A stretch of 64,000 nt of DNA from Elsinoe ampelina (Eukaryota). Shown in pieces: positions 1 through 13,328 of this stretch. Under the pieces are notes generated by a model, which worked only from the letters and a program-made list of their open reading frames with translations, was not told the origin of the DNA and made no database searches. Within the stretch, counting starts at the first letter, position 1. Each line of letters starts with the position of its first letter. Where the stretch lies: assembly GCA_010093995.1 (NCBI GenBank), contig ML992503.1:409662-473661 (forward strand). Reading direction: 5' to 3'. Made by a program: the position numbers and the translations under genes.

Positions 1-3000
1 TGGTCTTCTTGTCGAGGGTGACACGGGCAGAGGGGTTGAGGAAGACCTTGCTCTGTTGGGCGTCTTCGTAAGGAGACTTGGCCTTGGCGCGGAACATGGT
101 GTTGTTAATAAGGCCGTCGTGGTAGTAGCGGTAGGCCTTCTTTTGACGGGCTTCGACCTTTTGCTTGTAGGTCTGGTACTGTGCGTGGTCGAGGGTGGCG
201 AAGAGGTACTTGGGATGGATACCGATGGCTTGTGCACCCTTCTGTCCGAAACCGAAAGACGTAACGCTGAAAGCCTTGACGCCATCGGTCTGGATCGAAC
301 GGGATGGGTAGACGATGTAGTCGAATTTCTCCATGATGGCATCGACGTTGTCGGCGTTGCGGTTGCCAGGTACAAGACCAGAGTTGAGCACTTGAAGACA
401 TCCGTTGAACATCCATGCACCAGCAGCACCCTTGGGATGACCAGTAAGGTACTTCTGGAAGATACCGAGCAATGCATTACCCTTCTTGCGACCGAGATGC
501 TGCATTTGTTGGCAAATGACATCCGACTCGTTCTTGTCGTTGGCCTTGGTGGAGGTGCCGTGGAAAGACGCGACACCGAGATCATCGATGGTGAGACCCC
601 AAGTAGCGAGTGCACCACGAAGAGGGGCAATCTTTGGATCTTGCTTCCAGAAGTTGTTGCCCAGACTGTACAGAGCATCCTTCTCCTGCCTCTTTGCTTC
701 CAGCTCAATGTGCTTGGCACGATCTTGCATGTAAGCAGATTCGTCGAGATCCGGGTTTTGCTGCTTCGCGGCACTTGCCTCCTCTTGCAAGTACAAGAGT
801 TCCGACTCTTGCCACTGCTTGATGAAGCGACGGCGGTGATCGAGTTGACGTCGGCGGTATTTGATGTCGAGAAGGGGAGATGGGAATGCCGAAGGTTCCT
901 CCTTGGCGGTGGTGAGGACACCCTGACCGGGCGCGGGAACAGAGCGGCCAATTTTGTCAGTAGCGGTAGCTGTAAAGCCGAGAACACCGTAAATTGGCAC
1001 ACCCATATCGAGCGCGAGCTGGGCATCCATGATGACCTGCATACCACAACCTTGTGATTCCATGAAACCGTTTCTGGTGGTAGTAGTGGGTCGGGACATT
1101 TCCTTTGGCGTCCTCCCGTGTGCAAACTCGTCCTCCGCATTACTAGTGGCCTTCATGTTGGCGAATTCATACGAGCCTTCCTCCTGGAAATCATCAAAAC
1201 CACCGACGAAGCATACGCGAGCCTTGCCCTCAACGATAGTGTCATATCCAATGTCGATGGACTCGACAGCAGTTGCGCATGCACCTACTGGAGTCTTGAT
1301 CGGCCCAGTCGAGGACATGAGCAGCATGTTGACCCAAGCGCTCATAGTATTGATGAAAGATTCCTGAAGGATGTCTTTCTGGAGAGGCTTGTCGAGGTAG
1401 CGATCCTTATACATGCCACGAAGAGCAGTAGTACCACCGATACCAGACCCGATACAGTTACCGACTTCTGAGATATGCACGTACTTGTAGAACTCGTACG
1501 GGTCAGTGATACCAGAGGAGAGAAGAGCTTCGGCAGTAGAGACGAGGACGTATAGAGTGACAGGATCAACTTGCTCGATAATGTCGTCGGGAACACCGTA
1601 TCGCTTTGCATCCCATCCAGTAGGGATTTGACCAGCAACCAGGCGATCGAAGCGAAGAGCCTTGGGGATGAGTAAAGTGGCGCCCTTCTTGAGCCTGACT
1701 TGAAACTCTCCAGAGTCCTTGATTTCGAAGACCTCGACCTTCTCACCGTGTTGTCGCTTGAATTCCTCAGCAGTCTCCTTTGATGACTCGAACGGGTCGA
1801 GGTCTTCCTCGATCTGAATTTCCTGCAACAGCTGCTTCTTGTTCGGGTCGTAGCCGTTGAACAGTTCAGGCTCGATCAAGCGGATACCAGAGTGCTCGAG
1901 GATTTGCTTCTCATACTTGGACTTGATGTCCTTGTCGTCGACCGGTTCTCCTGATTTGGCATCTACCCAGCCAGAATAGCTCTTGCCCTTGAGAGGACCG
2001 TTGTGGTTCTTGATTAGTCCCATGATCCAGGCCATCTCGACACATCCCTCGAGTGAGAACTCTCCATAGGCTTCCATCTCCCATCTCGTGCGAGCGTTGC
2101 CCCATGGACCGACTTCAGCGAAACCCGTGACGACAACGACCTTCTCGAGATCGACCATACCCTTAAGATCACCATTGAGTGGTTCAACTTCCGTCTTCCA
2201 GTCAGGTACCTTGGGAAAGTCGAACTTGAGGTTGGCTCGTGGCTGAATGTTGACTTTCTTGTACAGAGCTTCGTGGTCTTCTCCATGGACAATCTTGTTC
2301 TCGACCGAGTTCTCACGAGTGACAGCCTTGCGAATCTCCGAAGTCTCGGTGATTTCCTTGCGAAGTCTGGTCATCAGGTCCTTCAAGTCAGGCAGGAATT
2401 GAAGACCTCCATTTAGATCGGCAAAGACGGGTTCTTGTTGACAGAGATTGACAATGGCTGGAGCCATCAGGCCAAGCAGGTTGAAAGCCATCTCTTGCTG
2501 TGAGAATGTGCGAACACCATACTTTTCGACACCCTCAGCAACGACGTTGTTGCCGCCCATCAGACCGGTACCACGAGTCCAGCCGATGACGGCACCGCAG
2601 ATAGTGAGGAAATTGCCCCAGCTCTCGGAGTGCCACCTGTTGAAGAGAGTTTCGAGGGCGAGCTTGGATTCAGAGTAGAGTCCATCGTTACCGAAAGTAC
2701 CGTGGTTGGGGGACAGAGGAAGGATGACCTGTGCTGGCCGTGTCTCAAAGCCCCTTTCGGCCTTCTGTACCTTGACAGCACCTAGCATACGCAGCAAGTT
2801 GGTAAGCATGATTCTGTGGGCGAGCTCGGACTTGGAGTCAATGCTGTCGATCTCACGTCCGTTCTCCGGAATGGCGGCGAACGGGACGATGTAATCGAGA
2901 TCCCAGCCAAGACCCTTCTTCTCGTCGTAGATGTAGTCGATAAGTGCTTGGACGTCCTGCTGGCTTCCCTGGTTGAATGGTACAACCACGAGTTGAGAGC

Positions 3001-5171
3001 CGCGTGACCCGTACCGGGCATACATGGATTGGTAGTACTCAGTGACCTGGCGCGAGAAGCGGCTAGTGGTGACTATGACCTTGGCGCCACCACTGAGAAG
3101 ACCTTGGAGGACCTCTGCACCGATTGATCCGGCACCAGCGCCGGTCATTAGGGCATTCTTGCCTTGGAAGGTGACACCAGCGCGAGCTGCTTGCTCAAGA
3201 CCATCAAGGTAGACGCCAGTGAGCTTCTTGCTGTATTCCCAGCCGAATTGGTCTTTGCGCTTGAGATGTAGGAAGGGCACAGTCTCGACCTTTCCGGACT
3301 TCAGAGTACCGTTCGCACGTCCATTGCGACCCTTCTTCGCGTGACCATTGGCCTTGCCATTCTCAGTGGGCATGATCTGGCCTTCATTCATTGCGAGGGA
3401 GCGGACGATATTGCTGTAGAGCTGCTTGATCTGAAGCTGAGAGGACTTTGACAATTTGTGTTGTTGGCGGATCAGCTTGTACACACGCTGCAGATCGTTC
3501 TGCACCTTTGTCCTGTTTCCATATTCCGAGATCTTGCCACCTTCCGCCATTTCGCGGACGTAGTGCTCGAGCTTCCTGACGCTAGCTCTTGGAGCTTCTT
3601 CGTAATTCATGTTGCCTCGGGCATCAATGGTGAGATGTGGGGCGGTAGGAACGGCGACATCCTTGTAGACCGGAGCGACGTCAAGGACGTCACGGCAGTT
3701 GTCGATAAGCTGCTCTCCGAGCATTTTTGCGAGCTCGTAGGTCTCACCTCGCTCTTTTGGACAGTGATCGATGTGATACTGCATGTAGTCGAGGAGTCGG
3801 GGATTTGAGCGGTTCATGATCTGAATGCAGCGACTGACAATCTCGCGGTCCACGGCCTTGAGCCGGCCAAAAATGATGTCGTAGTACATACTGAGCGCGT
3901 CCTGGCGAGCCCAGTTCCAAGATGAGTCGTATACACGAGCTTTTAGAGGACTGAAAGATGGTTCAATGCCAGCAGCGTAAAACTCGCCATGTTCTGTATT
4001 CCAGAGGTCAAGCTGCGCCTGAAGGACAGCCGAGTTCTCCTGTGACGCGATGGCGGCTTTGTCTCCAGCTCTGAGATCAAGTTGGAGGTAGCGGGCGAAA
4101 GCCTCGAGCTGCTGCTTGAAGAGTGCCTTCTGGTCCTTTGTCAAAGCCTCGAGCGCTGCAGGATCCATCATCATGCCACCTCCTCCGGCAGCACTATCGC
4201 CCCCAGAAGGTGCCGACGATAGACTGATGCCGGCTTGAGAAGCGTATGTTTGTGATGTTGTGTCCAGCCACGCCTTTGCGTCATTCTCCGAACCCAAGCG
4301 CGAAGGTGGCTCCGCGGTGAGACCAAGAAGAAGCACGCCGTCTTGCCTACCAGGACCGAGGCCCCACCTTGTCTCCAGGTGCTTTCTCACTTGTGTAATG
4401 TTGAACCCTCCGGGCATCTTGGAAGAGACCATGCGGGCAATGAGAGAGCTCGATTGCTTGCCTAGCTGGCCATTGAAGGTAGCCTGCATCGAGGCACCGA
4501 GCTCATCGAGAGGCGTGTCTTCCGGCTTCTCTGGTGTCGAACCAAACTCTTTACCAAGGTCACCGAGGATTTCGTTCTGGAGCGTTGATTTACCTATTGA
4601 ATGTCAGTGATCTACCATGTCCGTTCCGGCCTGTTGTCTGCTCACCTCCGACGAGATCTTTGATGGCTTTGCTCAGAGGAATCTCGAGCAGTGGCTTCTT
4701 CAGCTTCTGAGCAACAAGAGTCCGGACAATGTCTACGGCTCCCACAGGGGCGTCTGCTACAGCCACTGCTGGTCCAGCGCTCGGCGCTGCTGGTGCGGCG
4801 GCGGGAGCAGCAGCTTGTGCAGGGGCTGAAGAGGGTGCAGAGGATGTGGGAGCGGGGCCTCCAGCTGCAGGTTCTGGCTCTTCCTCGATTGGATCTACGT
4901 CGTAGTAGATGTCCTTTGCGTCCTTGTTGTAGCAAAGGATTTGACGTTGGACTGATCTCGCAGCATCATAAGCCTCATACTTTGAAGCAAGTGTGCGCTT
5001 TGCCATTCCACCAAGTGTGTCTGCCGGACCGATTTCGACGATCCTCTCGGTCGTCTTTTCTCCAAGAATAACATCCTGTGTTTCGATCCATCTTACAGGG
5101 GAAGCGAATTGGTATGCGAGGAGCTCGATGAGGAGGGTGTGAGCGAGCTCTTGCTCGACTTCGGGCCTCAT
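1..5171 (-). CDS. FAS2: Fatty acid synthase alpha subunit, 3' end outside the window; exons 5171-4646 and 4593-<1
   Basis: N-terminus [33 protein letters not shown]; splicing the 52-nt intron 4645-4594 (GTGAG...CTGAC...TAG) restores the ACP motif [19 protein letters not shown] and KS sequence follows. Confidence 0.97.
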
Positions 5172-6578
5172 TTTGAGGCTGGCCCAGTCGTTGCGGCCGA
5201 TGTGTTGAGCAGAGGTAGTGTAGTCGATTTGCTGTTAAAGTCGAGTGGGGAAAGGGAGATGAATTGGAGAAAACAGAGACACGGTGGGTATAATGCTTCA
5301 AGAAGTAGCCGATCCGAGTGATCAGAATGTCTCCCAACCTCGAATTCGCGGATGGTATAGAGGTAGTCGATGTTTATGGTTTGACTAGGTGGTGAAGAAG
5401 GGAGAATGGTATAGAGGTTGAGGTGGAGCTGGAAGGGCAGACGAGAACAAGTCCAAAGCTCCAGGCAGGCGTGTAGACCCTCGGGTAACGCAATGTGTCA
5501 AACCCGGGGACGAGTGGAAGAGATGCAGGTGAGGAACTGCAGGAGCGTGGTTGGGAAGAGTGGCAGTATGGGTTGGGACGTTGTGGCTCCTCTTGCAGTT
5601 GTCGAGCTCTGCCGCCTCTGCGGCGTCAGGGTACTTTTTTCGTTGCTCCCGTCTCTCCGCAAGATGAACTGCGGCCTTGGCTCCCCCACGACACGACCTC
5701 ACAATGTGGTGAGCTACGCTAGAAACTCAACTATGCCTGATACGGACAGGTCCTGCAACTCTGCATCATGCCGGGACGGCGGAACCGCACTTTACGCCGC
5801 GACCATGTCATGTAGGTTCAAGGGGTCTCGACCTACCAGACACGCCAGAATAGCGCCTCTGGCGGTCATGGGGAGAGAACGTGGCACGCGCGATATCTCA
5901 TGAACACAATTTTGCTGCTGATCTGGTAGAAAAAGCAACGTGTAAGTTATGCGGTGAGAGATCGTGGGATGCAAGTGCCGAGCATCAGGGCAGCTTCAAC
6001 GATTCATGGTACGACTAATCTTTTCCGACTGGTCCAGGGCAAGCAGACAGCACAATGCAATTTCAGCAATTCGAGGAGCAGATCCATCTGTCCTTATTGT
6101 AAGTGGTTCGATGCGAAACTCCGAGATTCGGCGAGGCATTGGGCAATGGGGAGAGGTCTGGCAATGTCAAGCTTTCCGTTGCCTGCAGCTTCTCCCGCAC
6201 TAGTTGTCCCCAATTTCTGTTGCGTGAAGCTCAACGTGAATGAACCACCGACCAGAATGTCCCTGAACCGCAGCCATTGATGCGAGTCCCTGCTCCGAGG
6301 TTGATGTCCGCTATTCTCGAGCTGCACCACGTCTAGACGATATCATCTCTTACTCCTTGACAATCCAAATACCACTCCTGACGTCTGGCTATCCTCGATT
6401 CCCCCTCGACCACTTTTTTGTTTCACCCCCGAGAGCTCGACTTTTTGCGGGGAAACTTTTCTCTGTCTCCTACCTCATCTCAAGGCTCAACCTCGTCCCC
6501 ATCCGCCATCACCCAGGCGCCTCAAAGACGCCATCAACGGGCAGATGACTGCCTGAATATCCTGACACTTGTCCAAAG

Positions 6579-6720
6579 GTATGTGTTCCATCTCTCAATC
6601 CACTTTGCATCCTGTAGTTCCTGCCCAGGCACCAGTCATTAGGGTGTTGCGGTAGCAGTTGGTCAGACGACCTCACCAGATCCCATATCTCAGACTCGGT
6701 GCTGACACGATATCTTGCAG
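6579..6720 (+). other. Probable 142-nt 5'-UTR intron of FAS1
   Basis: AAG|GTATGT donor at 6579, GCTGAC branch at 6701, TTGCAG acceptor ending 6720, 44 nt before the ATG at 6765. Confidence 0.7.
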
Positions 6721-6764
6721 AAAGCTAGTGTCTGTTCCTTCCCTCCCACTTCCACGACATCGCC

Positions 6765-9700
6765 ATGTTCACCTCCGGCTCGCAAACGGGCATCTCGACC
6801 CCTCGCTCCTCTGCTGTCTCCCGAACCCTCCTCCTGCAACACGGCTCCCTCGAATACAACTTTTTGATACCCACTGCGCTACATTTCGTTGCGTCCCAAC
6901 TCAAGGACGCCTTCAATGCCACCCTCCCAGAGCCCACAGACGAGCTAGCACAAGATGATGAGCCTTCATCGACGGCCGAGCTCGTCGCTCGCTTCCTCGG
7001 CTTCATTGCTGATGAGGTCGACGAAGGAGAAGACCCTGGTTCATACCTCGAGGTCCTCAAACTTGTCCTGCAAGAGTTTGAAAGAGCTTTCCTGCGCGGC
7101 AACGAGGTACACGCCGTCGCTGCGTCTCTGCCAGGTATCGTGGAGAAGAAGAGTGTCACAGTAAAGTCATACTACGCTGCGCGATATGCTGCAAAGAGAC
7201 AAATCAAAGCACACGAATCAGCACTTCTCCGAGAGGCGTCTGATGAGAGTGCTTACCTATATGCCGTCTTCGGAGGCCAGGGCAACATCGAGGAATACTT
7301 TGAGGAGCTCCGGGAGGTATACACAACCTATCCATCGTTCGTCGAGGACTTCATCACCGCTGCCGCTGCACATCTCCAGAATCTGTCGAGAGATCCGCAA
7401 GCCACCAAGATGTACTCTAAGGGTTTGGACGTCATGCGATGGCTTCAGAACAAAGACGCACAGCCAGACACCGATTATCTCGTCTCGGCACCAGTCAGCT
7501 TGCCATTGATCGGTCTCACTCAGCTCTCACATTTTGTCGTGACTTGCAGAGTTCTCGGTACGCATCCTGGCAACGTCAGAGACCGCTTCAGCGGTGCTAC
7601 TGGTCACTCTCAAGGTGTGGTGACTGCCGCCGCGCTAGCCGCCTCCAAGGATTGGCAGAGTTTCGACAAGACCTCGCGCGATGCTCTCACAGTCCTTTTC
7701 TGGATCGGCTGTAGGTCCCAGCAAGCCTATCCACGCACATCCCTCGCTCCCAGCACCCTCCAAGATTCGATAGACAATGGCGAAGGTGCTCCTACGCCCA
7801 TGTTGTCCATCCGAGATCTTTCGCGGGAAGCGATCCAGACACACATCGACGCGACCAACCAGCATCTACCAGAGGGTAGGCACATCGGCATATCGCTGGT
7901 CAACAGTGCTCGCAACTTTGTCGTTACAGGACCTCCCATGTCTCTGTACGGTCTCAATCTCCGCCTCCGCAAGGTCAAGGCCCCAACCGGTCTCGATCAG
8001 ACTCGCATCCCCTTCACTGAGCGTAAAGTCCGCTTTGTGAATCGATTCCTGCCAATCACAGCGCCATTCCACAGCCCATACCTTGCAGAAGCGACTGCGC
8101 AACTTCAGCAGGATTTGAAGGACATCAATATTCCCGTCTCCAGCCTCGAGATTCCAGTCTTCGACACCAACACCGGCGAGGATGTCCGCAAGCAAAAGGG
8201 CTCCAACGTTGTCCCGGCACTCGTGCGAATGATCACCCAGGATCCAGTCAACTGGGAGACTGCTACTGTCTTCCCGAAAGCCACTCACATCCTAGACTTT
8301 GGCCCAGGTGGCATCTCCGGCCTCGGTGTCCTTACCAACCGCAACAAGGATGGCACTGGCGTCCGTGTCATCCTTGCCGGAACCATGGATGGCACCAATG
8401 CCGAAGTAGGCTACAAACCAGAAATCTTCGACCGCGACGCCGACCACGCTGTCAAGTACGCAGTTGACTGGGTGAAAGAGCATGGACCCCGTTTGGCACG
8501 CACTTCAGTGGGCCAAACATTTGTGGATACCAAGATGTCAAGGCTCCTCGGTCTGCCGCCCGTCATGGTCGCCGGTATGACGCCTTGCACTGTCCCATGG
8601 GACTTTGTGGCCGCGACCATGAACGCCGGCTACGAGATTGAGCTTGCAGGTGGTGGTTACTATAACGACAAGACCATGACTGAAGCAATTGCCAAGATCG
8701 AGAAGGCAATTCCTGCTGGTCGTGGTATCACCTGCAACTTGATCTACGTCAACCCTCGAGCAATGGCCTGGCAGATCCCATTGATCGCACGTCTGCGAGC
8801 AGAGGGCTACCCAATTGAGGGTCTGACCATCGGAGCCGGTGTACCATCTATCGAGGTCGCCAATGAGTACATCGAGACCCTCGGAATCAAGCACATGGGC
8901 TTCAAGCCTGGATCCATGGAGGCCATTCAGCAATGCATAAATATCGCGAAAGCCAACCCCACATTCCCTGTGATGATGCAGTGGACTGGAGGTCGTGGTG
9001 GTGGTCACCACTCTTTTGAGGATTTCCATCAACCAATCCTGCAGATGTACAGCCGTATCAGGAAGTGTCCCAACCTTGTCTTGATCGCTGGCTCTGGGTT
9101 TGGAGGTGCCGAGGACACGTACCCCTACCTCACTGGAGAGTGGGCCAAGAAGTTCGGCTACCCCCCCATGCCATTTGATGGTTGCCTCTTCGGCAGCCGT
9201 CTCATGGTCGCCAAAGAAGCATACACCTCTCCTGCGGCGAAGCAGGCCATCGTTGATGCGCCGGGTCTTGAGGACCACGAGTGGGAGAAGACCTACAAGG
9301 GCCCCGCTGGTGGTGTTATTACTGTACGGTCCGAGATGGGGGAACCGATCCACAAGCTTGCAACACGCGGCGTGCTTTTCTGGGCCGAGATGGATCAGAA
9401 GATTTTCAGTCTCGACAAGGCCAAGCGCATTCCGGAACTTAAGAAGAACCGCGAACACATCATAAAGAAGCTCAACGAGGACTTCCAGAAAGTCTGGTTC
9501 GGCCGCAACGCTGCTGGTGAATCAGTCGATCTCGAAGACATGACCTATGGTGAAGTCATTCAGCGCATGGTTGACCTCATGTACGTCAAGCATGAATCAC
9601 GGTGGATCGACAAATCCCTCGCCAAGCTCACTGGCGACTTCATTCGCCGTGTTGAGGAGCGCTTCACCACAAGTGCCGGGAAAAGCTCGCTTGTTCAGAA

Positions 9701-12700
9701 CTATGCTGAGCTTGACAAGCCCTTCCCTCTAGTCGAGAAGGTCCTCCAAACATACCCCGAAGCGACCAAGCAGCTCATCAACGCCCAAGATGTGCAACAT
9801 TTCCTGTTGCTGTGTCAGCGTCGTGGGCAGAAGCCGGTACCATTTGTACCCTGCCTGGACGACACTTTCGAATTCTTCTTCAAGAAGGACTCGCTATGGC
9901 AATCTGAGGATCTCGAAGCTGTTGTTGACCAGGACGTCGGCAGAGTCGCCATCTTGCAAGGACCCATGGCCGTCAAGTACTCGACCAAGGTTGACGAGCC
10001 TGTGAAAGATATTCTTGACGGAATCCACAACAAGCACATTGAATTCCTTACTCGCGATGTGTATGGCGGCAACGTCAACAAGATTCCAGTGGTCGAATAC
10101 TTTGGAGGCAAGCTCATCGAAGCCAGCGATGACGTGGACATCGAAGGTCTCGTGGCTTCAGAGTCAAAGGAGAAGTGCGTCTATCGTCTCTCTGGTGCTC
10201 CTGGTGCCGTCCTACCAACTGTCGATCAATGGATGGCCATCCTGTCTGGCAAGTCATACTCATGGCGGCACGCTTTCTTCTCGGCCGATGTGTTCATTCA
10301 AGGACAAAGATTCCAGACCAATCCGATGCATCGCATTTTCAACCCGACTCCAGGCATGTTCGTCGAGATTCAATACCCAGAAGATCCCAAGAAGACTGTC
10401 ATCACCCTCAAGGAGCCATCAGCGAGCAACAGACTGAGCCAAACGATCGAAATTGGTCCAATCAACAGCAAGAATGAGATTCCTCTCAACATGATTGAAG
10501 AGCGTACAGCGACCGGAAAGGCAGTAGCTCTGCCTCTCAAGTTCACCTACCACCCAGAGACTGGCTACGCGCCCATCCGTGAAGTCATGTCCGCACGCAA
10601 CGATCGCATCAAGGAATTCTATTATAAGATCTGGTTTGGTGAGGACTCGGTGCCTTTCGACACTCCCGTCACCAGCAAGTTTGACGGTGGTCGTGCAAAG
10701 ATCACTAGCGAGGCTATCAATGACTTTGTCCACGCGGTCGGCAACACTGGTGAGGCGTTCGTTGACCGTCCTGGCAAGGAAGTATTTGCCCCTATGGACT
10801 TTGCGATCGTTGTCGGATGGAAGGCTATCACGAAGCCAATCTTCCCTCGCACAATCGATGGAGACCTCCTCAAGCTGGTGCATCTATCCAACGGCTTCAG
10901 GATGATTCCAGGAGCCTCACCCCTTAAGAAGGGTGACGTTCTTGACACAACAGCTGAAGTCAACGCCGTCATCAACCAGGAATCTGGCAAGATGGTCGAA
11001 GTTTGCGGCACCATTACTCGCGATGGTGAGCCGGTTATGGAAGTCACCAGCCAGTTCCTGTACCGCGGCAACTATACCGACTTTGAGAACACCTTCCAAC
11101 GCAAGACCGAGAAGCCAATTCAGGTGCATCTCGCCACGACCAAGGACATTGCCGTACTTCAGTCGAAGGAATGGTTTCACCTCGAGGATCCCGAGACTAA
11201 CTTGCTCGGGCAAACTGTCACCTTCCGCCTCCAGAGCTTGGTCCGCTACAAGAATAAGACTGTATTCAGTTCGGTACAGACGCAAGGTCAAGTCGAGCTC
11301 GAGCTTCCGACCAAGGAGATCATCCCGATCGCATCGGTCGACTACTCCGCAGGCACATCGCATGGCAACCCAGTCATCGACTACCTTGAGAGGAACGGCT
11401 CAGCGATCGATCAATCCATCAATTTTGAGAACCCCATCCCACTGAGCGGACGCACACCACTCGAGCTCAAAGCTCCGGCTTCGAACGAGAACTATGCAAA
11501 GGTCTCTGGAGACTTCAACCCCATTCACGTCTCGCGCGTTTTCTCCAAGTATGCCAACCTTCCCGGAACCATCACCCACGGTATGTACTCGAGTGCTGCG
11601 GTTCGCAGTCTGGTGGAGACCTGGGCGGCAGAGAATAATGTAGGACGTGTACGAAGCTTCCACGTCAGCCTTGTTGGCATGGTCCTTCCGGACGACATCA
11701 TCCAAGTCAAGCTTCAGCACATCGGTATGGTCTCTGGATGCAAGATCATCAAGGTAGAAGCGTCGAACAAGGAGACGGAAGACAAGGTACTCATTGGTGA
11801 GGCTGAGGTCGAGCAACCAGTCTCGGCGTACGTTTTCACAGGTCAAGGTTCGCAAGAGCAAGGCATGGGTATGGATCTGTACGGCAGCAGCCCTGTCGCC
11901 AAGGAAGTATGGGATCGCGCTGACAAGCACTTCCTTGACAACTATGGTATGTGTCTAATTATGATGCTCGTTTTTCACTGTGCTGACCATTTCAGGCTTC
12001 GCTATCACAAACATCGTAAAGAACAACCCGAAGGAACTCACCATCCACTTTGGTGGTCCTCGTGGTAAGGCGATTCGACAAAACTACATGTCCATGACTT
12101 TCGAGACTGTCGCTTCTGATGGCTCAATCAAGTCAGAGAAGATCTTCAAGGATGTTGATGAGAACACGACTTCCTACACATATCGATCACCCACCGGTCT
12201 GCTCTCAGCAACACAATTCACGCAGCCCGCGTTGACTCTTATGGAGAAGGCATCGTTCGAAGACATGCGCTCCAAGGGTCTCGTTCAGCGCGACAGCACT
12301 TTCGCTGGACATTCGTTAGGAGAATACTCTGCGCTTGCAGCTCTCGCCGAGGTCATGCCGATCGAGTCGCTCGTCTCTGTTGTCTTCTACAGAGGTCTTA
12401 CAATGCAAGTCGCCGTCGAGCGTGATGAGGCTGGTCGTTCCAACTACAGCATGTGCGCTGTCAACCCGTCGCGTATTGGCAAGACTTTCAACGAGCAAGC
12501 CCTGCAATACGTCGTCGAGAACATTGCAGAGACCACCGGCTGGCTCCTCGAGATTGTCAACTATAATGTTGCCAACATGCAGTATGTCGCCGCCGGTGAC
12601 CTCCGCGCCCTCGACTGCCTCACCAACGTCACCAACTACCTCAAAGCTCAAAAGATCGACATCCAACAACTCACTCAGACAATGTCAATCGAAGACGTCA

Positions 12701-13080
12701 AGTCCCACCTCGTCGAAATCATCAAGGAATGCGCCAAGCAAACCGAAGCCAAACCCCGCCCCATCGAGCTCCAGCGCGGCTTCGCCACCATCCCACTCAA
12801 GGGCATCGACGTGCCATTCCACTCAACCTTCTTGCGCTCAGGCGTCAAGCCCTTCCGCTCCTTCTTGCTCAAGAAGATCCACAAGACCAGCATCGACCCT
12901 GGCAAGTTGATCGGGAAGTATATTCCCAACGTCACCGCTCGACCGTTTGAGTTGACAAAGGAGTATTTTGAGGATGTGCATCGGCTGACGAACAGTCCGA
13001 GAATCGGGAACATTCTGGCGAATTGGGAGAAGTATGCCCAGGAGGGTGAGGAGGGAGGGAAGGCGGCGCCTGCCGCGTAG
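6765..13080 (+). CDS. FAS1: Fatty acid synthase beta subunit; exons 6765-11946 and 11996-13080
   Basis: AT motif GHSQG, enoyl reductase GGRGGGHHS, dehydratase [18 protein letters not shown] and GHSLGEY; 49-nt intron 11947-11995 (GTATGT...GCTGAC...CAG) joins the two ORFs in frame (NYGFAI). Confidence 0.97.
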
Positions 13081-13328
13081 ATGACGGATGGAGGACAGAA
13101 GATGGAAAGGGATTAGCTGGGAGTACTTTTAGAGGCATAGGCGCTCTTGTGGATGTACGGAATGGTAGATTTTGTAGCGTTATAGACGGTTTCGATTGCT
13201 AATGCATTCTATCAAACAAGTACTTCTCTTTCCATTTCTCTTGCATGCCACATACATGTACAGCAACGCCTGCCCATCCCCCGTCCTTGTGTACACCTCG
13301 TCTTTCCCACCCACTCCCCAAGTCCTTC

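Noticed and set aside
56..4610. Plus-strand ORFs of up to 333 aa
   Set aside because: Antisense shadows of the codon-biased FAS2 coding strand.
5479..6300. CCTCGG/CCGAGG FarA-like sites in the FAS intergenic region
   Set aside because: Two hexamers in 1.6 kb is near chance expectation.
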